DNA from: Candidatus Dojkabacteria bacterium
Lineage (GTDB): Bacteria; Patescibacteriota; Dojkabacteria; J137
NCBI GenBank assembly: GCA_025999215.1
Contig: AP024679.1
Location: 36,007 to 100,006 of the forward strand
Direction of reading: 5' to 3'
DNA length: 64,000 nt
This document shows positions 43,427 through 52,999 of the stretch, piece by piece. The position numbers and the translations under genes were made by a program. Below the pieces are notes generated by a model. The model was not told the DNA's origin. It made no database searches and worked only from the letters and a program-made list of their open reading frames with translations. Each line of letters opens with the position of its first letter. Within the stretch, counting starts at the first letter, position 1.

Positions 43427-43482
43427 AGAAATGAATACACTAACGAATTAAAATATTTAAAAATGCATAAATAAACTATTTT

Positions 43483-44955
43483 TTATGCTTCTAATTGATT
43501 AACATCTCTTGAATGCGTTTGTTGGTTTGGAACATCCTTTCTTACGTTCGTCATATCAACAAAAAATTTAAAAATCTCGAAAATAATGTGTTGCAAAGCT
43601 TGTAACAAAGCTTCTTTAGATTCAAATTTATTTTCCTTAATTCGGTTTATCGCATCTTGGTGAATATTAATGATCATAGAAACATATTCGCTCCTTTGAT
43701 TATCGTCTAATCTTATGTAGTGACCTGTATTTTCTACATAGCCGTTTATTTGAGATAAATCAGGGATTTGAAGAGCGCCAGCATCCCTAAAAATATCATT
43801 TACAATTTCTAAAACTGCCACTACGACATCTTTGCTAGGTAATAAGAGAGAAACATCTTCTTGCCACTTTTCTTGAATATATGGTTGTTCTGGTGGGACT
43901 CCTCTCAGCGTAAGTCCATGTGTTTGGGCTTGGTTTATGAAATCTTGCAGTGGATTTATCATGAAGCCTCCAAGATCTTCCATCCAAAAAACATCAACAT
44001 CAAGCATTGCATTTAATGCCATGAAAATTCCTGGGTATATGCCTGAATAATAAGTTTCAGCAGTTGGTCGACATAAAACAGTTTCGTTACTCCTTATTGC
44101 TTCAATTAGTGCGTTCTGATCAACTGTCTCAAACTCATTATTTCCATCTGAATATGTGTTCATTTTCCGGAAAACTCGACCTTGACTTACTACATAATAT
44201 TGTGTTGTTGTACCTTCCCCATAAATCACAAATCCAAATGGTTTATTTGGTAGCGAAACTTGGTCATAATTCTCAGTTGGAGGAGAACTTAGTCCTTCTA
44301 ATATATTTAAGACTGCATCCTTGAAAAAAGCGTCTAAATCTAGTTCTGGTACTTTACAAACAGGAATCATTTCTACGTACATATTCATAAGTTTGGTATA
44401 AAAATCTTTTAAGTCCAAAATTTCATCAGAGTTATTATATTCGGTATCTTTACCCAACAAAGTTTTTGCCATATTATTAGCATTTTTTGGAACAACAGAA
44501 TGATTATGCAATGGGTGACCTGCTTTCCCTCCATTTTCATGAAGACTTTTATGCTGGGATATCCTAGGCCTTACACTTTTATCTTGGATGTAAGGTCTGT
44601 CTGATGGCATATTGAATTTTAGAACTTGTGGAATTATAGTTCTATACTTCTCTATATTTTGTGACGAAAATATATCATTAAGATCTAGAACTATATATTT
44701 TGCGCCAACTAATGAAGCTGCAATTGCGCCTGCTATATTTCTCACATTTGGAACATTTAAGTGCTGGACTGATATTACTACTGGATCTGTTTCACCATTT
44801 AATATTGTTTGAATATATTTTCCAAAATGTGACCGTACTAAATCACAATACTCTCTAATACCAAACATATTCTCCATAAATTCATTAATAATCTTAATAC
44901 GCTCGCCTCTATTTTCATAATTTGGCTCTGATTCATTAAAGTAATTTAGCTCCAT
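43483..44955 (-). CDS. Orphan hypothetical protein (490 aa) downstream of the attenuator
   Basis: Long intact ORF; no family recognised. Confidence 0.8.
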   Translation of the reverse strand: MELNYFNESEPNYENRGERIKIINEFMENMFGIREYCDLVRSHFGKYIQTILNGETDPVVISVQHLNVPNVRNIAGAIAASLVGAKYIVLDLNDIFSSQNIEKYRTIIPQVLKFNMPSDRPYIQDKSVRPRISQHKSLHENGGKAGHPLHNHSVVPKNANNMAKTLLGKDTEYNNSDEILDLKDFYTKLMNMYVEMIPVCKVPELDLDAFFKDAVLNILEGLSSPPTENYDQVSLPNKPFGFVIYGEGTTTQYYVVSQGRVFRKMNTYSDGNNEFETVDQNALIEAIRSNETVLCRPTAETYYSGIYPGIFMALNAMLDVDVFWMEDLGGFMINPLQDFINQAQTHGLTLRGVPPEQPYIQEKWQEDVSLLLPSKDVVVAVLEIVNDIFRDAGALQIPDLSQINGYVENTGHYIRLDDNQRSEYVSMIINIHQDAINRIKENKFESKEALLQALQHIIFEIFKFFVDMTNVRKDVPNQQTHSRDVNQLEA

Positions 44956-44986
44956 CTATTCAAACATAAAAGCTATAACAAAAACT

Positions 44987-45010
44987 AAAAAATCTCCCTT
45001 TCGGGAGATT
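44987..45010 (-). terminator. Intrinsic terminator (attenuator)
   Basis: Minus strand AATCTCCC-GAAA-GGGAGATT, 8-bp stem with GNRA loop, running into TTTTAGTTTTT, about 30 nt before ATG 44955. Confidence 0.85.
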
Positions 45011-45037
45011 AATATTTATTTACCATCTCCCCTACCT

Positions 45038-45091
45038 CTAGATATTCACTAGAGATAAGATGATATTTGAGCAGATGGTAAAGTTTTTCAT
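45038..45091 (-). CDS. Putative leader peptide MKNFTICSNIILSLVNI (17 aa)
   Basis: ATG 5 nt after a consensus promoter; 4 Ile (all ATC), 2 Leu, 1 Val; overlaps alternative pairing segments upstream of a terminator. Confidence 0.7.
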   Translation of the reverse strand: MKNFTICSNIILSLVNI

Positions 45092-45096
45092 GACAC

Positions 45097-45125
45097 ATTC
45101 TAGCATAGTCAGCGTAGTTTGTCAA
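45097..45125 (-). promoter_or_regulatory. Sigma70-type promoter TTGACA-N17-TAGAAT with extended -10 TG
   Basis: TTGACA 45125-45120, exact 17-nt spacer ending TGc, TAGAAT 45102-45097. Confidence 0.85.
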
Positions 45126-45189
45126 CACATTTTGCTCTAAAACTCAAAACATTATTAACAAATTATGCTTTTTAATTTATACTTTTATA

Positions 45190-48100
45190 ATGATCTCAGA
45201 AAGTTTAAGGAAAATAGTCAAAAAATCTAACATCCTTGCAATTTTATTTGCATTAGTTGCAATTTTTTCAGTAAGCAATATTTCGAGTCAAATAGAAGAA
45301 GGGAGAATTATACCTTTCGGGATACTCAACAATGTTTTTGCTGAATTTTCTCGGTCTGCACCAAACAGCACGAAACTTGCTAAAAATTTATCAACATCAT
45401 CAAATATCCAAGACCAATCGGATAGATGCCAAATTGTTGACCCAAATAGACCTGATATTTTAACTGCTTGGGAATACGAGGGAGTCAGTGGCGCTCAAAT
45501 TAAAGGAGATAATATTGCTGGAGCTAACCCTGGAGTTTCTTATGGAGCAGGCTTTGATGCGCCCAAAGATGAGACCGTTAGAGATTACGCAAGTAGTCTC
45601 GGAATGAGTTATAATCTTGCTATATTTAGTGCACCAAATGAAGTTGGCAATGCGATTGCATTTGTGAATGCCAACATTGATGCTGGATTCATACCCATCG
45701 TAAGGCTTTGCGTTGCAGTTGCTGATTCATGCCAATTTAATAGCCCAAACGATGTAATTGGTTTTTATACAGCGCTTCACGATGGAGCTAACGGAGAATT
45801 TATAGCTATGGTTGGACCAAATGAGCCCGGAACTGGTGAAGATGGTTACATTGAAATGAATGGATTTGGCGGAATCAATTCTTATGCTCAAATAATAAAT
45901 TTTGTAAACGAAGCTGCTACAGGACTTCAAAAGTATAGAAGCATTAATGGAGGAAAAATGTATTTATCCCCTGGAGCTTTTAACCTAACCAATCCAATAA
46001 ACCGTGATGTATATGAGTATCTCTACAATCCATCAAACCCAAAGCTCAAAATTAATTTGTTTGATTATCTTATGGGAAATGTCTATGCTCAAGGCGAGCC
46101 TGCTGTTAAAAATGTGCCCTACCCTTACGCAACTTACAGAGATGGAGAAAACCATGATGGAAATGGACTTGGTAATTTTGCGGAAGAAAATAATATTCCT
46201 GTGATTTTGACAGAATTTGGCATTTTCAAAGAAGCAGGTGATAGTAAAACAGTTCTTTTAAATGAAGCTATAGAATCTTTTAAGTTATTTTGCGCAGATG
46301 AAACAATTGCTGGAGTGTTGTTTTTTCAATCATTTTTAAATGACGATGGAACAGTTTTAATAAGTGATATAGAGCAAAGAAAGGAATTTCATGGGTTAAC
46401 CAAACAAGAACATAGCTTAATAATTGGAGACTGTACGAAATCTAGTCCATTTAAAGATTGGGCATGGGCTAACTGTAATTTTGACTCTTGTATCTATAAA
46501 GATTATGAGTATGATCCAAAATCAACTGCATCAGCTTGTGGTGTTGAAGATAAACCTTTAACGGGTGATGGTAAACCTGCACTCAAAGTCGTATGCTCTA
46601 ATGGAATTTGTAGTACCAGAGCTATTAAGACTATCGATATTGGAATGCCAATTAGACATTTTGGAGGAAATAGTTTAAATGGTTCACCAACTCACCAGTA
46701 CCCATCAATTTGTAGTGAACTTTCAACTCAATTTGCAAATAAAAATTATGACACCATAAACCAATTTGCAGGTGTAATTAACATGGGTGGAACCCAATAC
46801 CCAATGCCATGGCTTGGATCGGCTATAAATTGCGCGAGCCAATTATTGCTAGCTACTCAAGAATTTGCATACCTTACACCAGATAAATATACATTTAACC
46901 CACATCCAGGAAGTAAAATTGAAGAAATCGTTAACGAAATAAACTCAGACGAAATTTACGGCATGCCATGGGAAACATACAACGGCGCTATACCAGGCGA
47001 ACCACTTTATGATGCAGCGCCAACCATGAATGAAACGCGCTCAATTATCGATGAAGCAGCAATATGCTTGATGCGCGATGAAGCAACTGATCTGGACGAT
47101 AGATTATTTTGCCTTGATAAACGAAAAAATCCCAACCAAGTATTTGCTTTCAACGATTATGATCCGTACAAAAGCGATTTAGAGTGGGAAAAGTCTACCT
47201 GCAACACAAATATGGTCTATAGAAAAGACCCCAAAAATATGATCTATGGACCTGAAATTCAAGTGTCAGACATTGAGACAGTAGAAACTATTTCTGAATC
47301 AGAACTATGTTATGAATTTGCACGCAGAAACTCAGAAGGAGTAACCTCAAAAATACTAGCAGGTGTTGATTATCCTAGGTATTTCCCTGATGGTGACACA
47401 TCTAACGCTACTCCAAATTGTCAAATAGATCGTACAAAATTTGTAAATGGAGTTTCATGTGCTGCTCTTAGTTGTTCAAGCTCTGATATTTTAAAAGGAA
47501 AATGTAAGGCTGACTTAAGGTTTAAAGATTGTTTTAACTATGTAAATTCTTCACAATCAAGTGAACATCAAATTTATTTGAAAGCAGATAGCAATGTTTT
47601 CGCGCAAGTTCCACAAGTTGAAATAGAAGGAATTTACGATGCTTTGTACTGGATGTACCTACGCACTCAAAATTCTTTCAAAAATAAAAAATTCAAAATA
47701 GTATTTAGAGAAAACATCGGAATGAATGTTGAGGTAAACTCTAAAATTAGGGATGCCAACAGAGGAAAAGATGATGCGCTTAATCCGAAATTTCCAGCTG
47801 GCGAGTCCGAAAATCTGTACGCTCAGGAATTAAACTCTTGTGAAGTGCCAGACAACATGTACTCGTATAACAACCTGCTAGCAAAAAATAGCCCAATTAA
47901 AACTCAATATCAATACTTTGATTGGCTTGGATATTTGGACATTTTGCAAGAAATACAGAAAGTTTATTTTGGTAACACTCATACTTGCCTGATATCAACT
48001 TTGAGACAAAATCTAGACTCTTTGGTACAGAGGGCAGCTCCAAATAGCGATAGAGAGTTTATTTTGGTGAGTGGTTCCGCGTTAAAAACAATGAGTTATC

Positions 48101-50342
48101 CCCTATTCACTTGTGATGAACTCAACTTAAGAATAGCCAAAGATCCATATTTTACGCTTATATGGAAATGAAAATTTAAAAATTACCTGCGTTACTGATT
48201 TAAGCGATGAAAGATACTCTGATGAATTAGGCGAATTTTTATGTTCCAAAGGATACGAAGTACCTGGCATTTGTGATAATTTATTCTGCCCTGTTCAAGT
48301 CAAGCCAAGTAAATACTGGTAACTGTCGTTGAGGACGGAATTATTGACGAAGGAGGAGTTTACGTGAAAGATTGACAAAGACGCTAAATATGTTGCCAGC
48401 CAAAGTAATGGCGGAAGTATTGTTGAACCAATTGAAAATTTTGTAGAAAAAACAGGTGCCAGTGTTGCTATAAATGCAAATTTATACAACCAATTTGGTG
48501 TTCCAGAAGGGCTGTACGGAGGGCAAGGTCAGATTTCATATGTAGTCCCCAGGTCCAGAGCGAAGTGACTACAAAATTTCAATGCTTATTGGTAATTTAA
48601 ATACTGATGCTCCGTACATAGCTGGTAATGTTGTAGCTGAACGTGATAATAAATTTTATTTAGTTGATATAAGTAAGTGGAATGCTTTGGATGCTAATAC
48701 TATTAACGCACTTACCCAAGGTACGTTAGCAGGAATAGATGTAGCAATTACCGGTTCGGCTATAGTTGGTGTAGATTCTCAAATTTATAAAGATTACACA
48801 ACAATGTCTTTAGAAGAATTTAATCAGAAACACTCATATTCTGACTACTTACAAAAAACTGTACGTACTATTATTGGATGGGATAACAGATCTAATGTTG
48901 TATTTTTAATTTTAGATAACGCAGACTTTTATACAATGCTTGAAAAGTCAGCTGAGGTAGGCATATCTTACGGAATAGTGATGGATGGAGGTGTATCATC
49001 ACAATTGTTTTATGAAAATGGATTTGAAAATGTTGATAGCAAGCTAAGAGAAAATAATCCAAAAGTTTATGATCCATCAGGTCAAGGACGTAGCGTAGCA
49101 GGTTATGTTGGAGCAATTTTAAATCAAACTTCTCAACAACTAACAAGAGCTTCCGCTACGGGCAATTTTTCGCTTATTTATCCTACAGATTATAAAGAAA
49201 TTGAGCATGAATCACTTGATTACGGTTATGAAAGATCAGAAACTTGGACGCATGCAGGACTTGATTTTGTAGGTACAAAAGGATCACCTATTTATGCATC
49301 AGCTTCAGGAACAGTTATTGTGGCTAGACCCGTAGAGCCAAACCACAACAGAGACGCTCAACCCTACGGAAATTTTGTGATGATAGAACACTCTAATGGT
49401 TATGTAACGCTTTATGCTCACTTGGATAAAATTTCGGTTAAAAAGGGTGATATTGTGCTTGCTGGAGACACGATAGGAACAATGGGTAATACTGGAAATG
49501 TATATTGTGAAGGTAACAGGCGTCCTAGTGGTCCTGATGATGATACTTGTGGTGTTCACTTACACTTTGAACTTAGAAAAAATAAAAATTGTAAATGGGA
49601 TGGTAACCCTCTAACTTCAGTCTTTGGTAGTTGTACTATGGATCCAAAACCATTTCTCTCTGGGTCAGTAAGAGGTAGACAAGTCTTTTGCGGTGTAGAT
49701 AACACTCTTAATCTTGATCAAACTGGTGTGCTTGGATGTAATTTGAACATAAAAGATATTAATGACAACCCAGATTTTGCAAAATTAACACCAATAATCT
49801 CAACTAGAATCAAATCTTACAACCTTGATGATAATTTGAGTCATACTTGGCTATATTCACCATACGAAAGTGAAGAATTATTTAACCAGATTAAAGATCA
49901 AAAATTTAATGGATCGTTTGATGCAGCAAAATTACATGCTCAATTCAGAAAAGAAGTTACAGATTTTGTAATCAGTAAATCAAAACAATTAGGAGTAAAT
50001 CCAAGATTAGCATTAACTCTTTGGATAGAAGAAAGTGGAGGAAGCGCGCTTGGCAGAGCTGCAATGGGTTGTCTATATTTCAGAGGCACTGCTCAAGAAA
50101 CATCTACTCTACCCCTTGATTATGATCCACTTGATGAAAGTTATAAACAAAAAACTTTAGATCATTTGAATGAGCAAATTGAGTGTTTAGCAAGTTATGT
50201 AAATGAATTTGATAACTTTAGAGAATTCATGTGTACATATTCTGGTGAATCTGATAGAAAAAATTGTCAAATATTTACAAACAATCCTAATTTTCCGGTA
50301 AATGTTTGTAGAATTTATAATTATCAAGAACAAAAATTCTAA
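45190..50342 (+). CDS. Giant (~1700 aa) secreted/anchored multi-domain hydrolase: GH-A-clan TIM barrel, Cys-rich region, NAGPA-like phosphodiester glycosidase, M23 peptidase, lysozyme-like C-terminus; split by indels at ~48160-48580
   Basis: N-terminal TM; GPNEP and VILTEFG; the gap reads ...EKTGASVAINANLYNQFGVPEGL...; RTIIG, MDGGVSSQL; HAGLDF, YGNFV.IEH, YAHL, HLHFE; GVNPRLALTLWIEESG. Confidence 0.72.
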
Positions 50343-50803
50343 TGAGTAAAACCAAGTCAAAAACAAAAGGGCGACTTTTTAGCTTAACTACTATTCTTAT
50401 GTTTAGTTTTGTTATTGCGCTTTCAGTTTTGACAGTGTTTTTAAATTTATATAACTCTAACGATACGAAGCCGCAAAACTCACAAAATGACGAAGGAATT
50501 ATCAACAACTTAAACAGAGATGAAGTGAATTTTGAAAATTTTGAAAACTTGGAAAATTACACACAATACGAGTTATTAATCAAAAATTTGCCATTTGAAA
50601 ACGATACGTTTACGGTTTCTTTAATATCTTTTGAAGATGAACAAAAACCTAAACTTTTAGTTAAAACGATTACGTTGAGTGGTAAAAGTGATTTTTCACG
50701 GTGGCTTAAAGCCTTTGGTTTGACAGAAAACGATGTAGAAGCAATTTATTCAAGCTCACCAGATAGTTCATTTGAGGGCGCATACGATGCTGAGAATATT
50801 TAA
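50342..50803 (+). CDS. Hypothetical membrane-anchored protein
   Basis: Basic N-terminus + TM; TAATG overlap with the upstream hydrolase. Confidence 0.7.
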   Translation: MSKTKSKTKGRLFSLTTILMFSFVIALSVLTVFLNLYNSNDTKPQNSQNDEGIINNLNRDEVNFENFENLENYTQYELLIKNLPFENDTFTVSLISFEDEQKPKLLVKTITLSGKSDFSRWLKAFGLTENDVEAIYSSSPDSSFEGAYDAENI

Positions 50804-50920
50804 AATATTTATTTTTTATCCTTCACAACCTAACGCATGAAGTTTTAATTATTCCATAACTCTCAAAGCAAGCTTTTCTGTAAAAAGTATATTAAACTTT
50901 TTAAGCACCTAATCTTCAAT

Positions 50921-51358
50921 TTACCTATTCGTTTTTAATTCTCCTCTTTCTCTTTTTTCTAGCATTTCTGCTACATAGCCTAAAAGCTCTTGAGGATCGG
51001 TTGTGCTTTTAAGTTTGTAACCATGAGCGCCCAACTCCAAAGCATTTTGTACTGCTATATCACCCCCTATATTGGTTAGCATTATAATCGCCGGATCTCC
51101 ATATCTTTCTTTGTTGTCTAGCAACTCTGTTAAAGTTTCTATTCCATCTTTCTTGGGCATAACAATATCTAGCAATATTAAGTCGTATTTAGTTGCCTCA
51201 GCTTTGGCAAGAGCATCATCACCATCAGAAGCGCCAGAAACTTCGTAATTGTCAACTGTAGATAACAATTCAATGAATGTTGTTCTAGCATCGGGTTCAT
51301 CTTCCACTACCAAAATATTGTAAGTTTTTGGTAAGGTTTCGTTAGTCTGGTGATCCAT
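50921..51358 (-). CDS. Single-domain response regulator (receiver only)
   Basis: ILVVEDE, LILLDIVMP..DG, IMLTN, GA.GY..K. Confidence 0.92.
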   Translation of the reverse strand: MDHQTNETLPKTYNILVVEDEPDARTTFIELLSTVDNYEVSGASDGDDALAKAEATKYDLILLDIVMPKKDGIETLTELLDNKERYGDPAIIMLTNIGGDIAVQNALELGAHGYKLKSTTDPQELLGYVAEMLEKRERGELKTNR

Positions 51359-51505
51359 ATTTGAAAAACTTAATATTTAATTAAAATATGATCATACTTT
51401 TTTATCAAATTGTCAAGTAAAAGTTAAAATCACATCAAAATCTAGTCATGGAGTTTTGAGTAAGTTTTTGTTAAAATTAGGAGATTATTTATTATCTTCT
51501 CAAAT

Positions 51506-52999
51506 TTGACTGTTCGAACAAGATTAGCACCAAGCCCAACAGGTTCTATGCACATTGGTGGAGTCCGAACTGCGCTATACTGCTATGCACTGGCAAAAAA
51601 GAATGAAGGGCAATATATTTTGAGAATTGAAGATACGGATACAAAAAGGTTCGTTGAGGGTTCAATTGAGGAGATTTTAAAAGTTCATGAAATTTATGGA
51701 ATCAAACCTGATGAGGGTCCAACATACGGCGGCAATTATGGCCCATACATTCAGACACAAAGGAAAGAAATTTATCAAAAGTATGCGCACGAATTAGTCG
51801 AAAAAGGGCATGCGTACTATTGCTTTTTGTTTGGTGACGAACTTGAAAACCTTCAGAATGAATTTCTCAAAAAAGGTACAGGCTTTAGATCTCCGTACAG
51901 GGACATGCCAATTGAGGAAGCTAAGCAAAAAATAGATTCTGGCGAAAAATATGTTATTAGAATGAAAACACCAAATAACGAAAAAATTGAATACACTGAC
52001 GGAGTGCAAGGCAAAGTTGTTTTTGATAGTAACATGGTTTCAGACCAAATTATTCTAAAAAGTAATGGATTGCCCACTTATCACTTAGCTGTTGTGGTCG
52101 ATGATCACTTGATGGAAATTACTCATGTTTTTAGAGGTGTTGAATGGCTTACCAGTACACCCAAGCAAATATTATTGTATAGATTTTTAGGTTGGGAAAT
52201 GCCTCCTTTTTATCATTTATCAACAATTCTTGATCCTGATACTGGCAAAAAATTATCAAAAAGATCAGGCACAGTTTCTGCAATGGAATTTATACGTGAA
52301 GGATACATTCCTGAAGCTGTAAATAATTTTTTGATGCTTTTGGGTTGGTCCCCGCCTATTGAGAGAGCTCACGGCGAAAAAGAACGAGAAATTTTTACCC
52401 TAGATGAATTTATTGAATTGTTCGATCCAAAAGATTTAAACAAAAGTAATCCTGTATTCAATCGTCAAAAACTTCTTTGGTTTAACAAAGAATATATTAA
52501 AAATATGAATACTCTTGATCTAGCAAACAGAGTTGTTGATTGGGTAAAAAACTATTTACCTGATAGAAATCTACTTAGCCACCTTGAAACAGACCCAAAC
52601 CTTGAAGATAAAGTTAAACTCGTCAAAGATCGATGCTATTTAATCAAAGATTTGGTCGAATCAATTAGCTTTTTTTATCACAGGCCTGAAAACATTGTTT
52701 GGGAAATAAAGCAACTTAAAAACGTACCCCGCAATCAAATTCCTCAAATACTAGAAGAATTAAAAAACTTCTTAACCGACTTTTCTGAAAATTCTAGTGA
52801 TTGGTTACACGAAAAATGGGAAAAAGGAATTAGAAATATTGCAGATAAATTTACAATGAAACACGGCGATGCTTTCATGATTTTGAGGTTAAGTGTTACT
52901 GGAAAACCTGTATCTCCTCCACTTTTTGAAGCACTGCAACTTCTTGGAAAACAAGAAATTATTAGTAGAATTGAAAGTGCTTTAAAATCTTTTAAATAG
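51506..52999 (+). CDS. gltX: Glutamate--tRNA ligase
   Basis: RTRLAPSPTG, HIGG, RIEDTD, GPYIQ, YHLAVVVDD, KLSKR; TTG start. Confidence 0.96.
   Translation: MTVRTRLAPSPTGSMHIGGVRTALYCYALAKKNEGQYILRIEDTDTKRFVEGSIEEILKVHEIYGIKPDEGPTYGGNYGPYIQTQRKEIYQKYAHELVEKGHAYYCFLFGDELENLQNEFLKKGTGFRSPYRDMPIEEAKQKIDSGEKYVIRMKTPNNEKIEYTDGVQGKVVFDSNMVSDQIILKSNGLPTYHLAVVVDDHLMEITHVFRGVEWLTSTPKQILLYRFLGWEMPPFYHLSTILDPDTGKKLSKRSGTVSAMEFIREGYIPEAVNNFLMLLGWSPPIERAHGEKEREIFTLDEFIELFDPKDLNKSNPVFNRQKLLWFNKEYIKNMNTLDLANRVVDWVKNYLPDRNLLSHLETDPNLEDKVKLVKDRCYLIKDLVESISFFYHRPENIVWEIKQLKNVPRNQIPQILEELKNFLTDFSENSSDWLHEKWEKGIRNIADKFTMKHGDAFMILRLSVTGKPVSPPLFEALQLLGKQEIISRIESALKSFK

Noticed and set aside
44987-45091. T-box or known riboswitch upstream of 43483..44955
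   Set aside because: Too short (~105 nt) and no T-box motif seen; the translated leader ORF explains the pairings better.
2138-48582. Many split genes as programmed frameshifting, phase variation or mass pseudogenisation
   Set aside because: Breaks are 1-bp indels, often in or near homopolymers, clustered in blocks, and they hit genes whose catalytic motifs are intact. Long-read consensus error is the simpler explanation; reads are needed to confirm.
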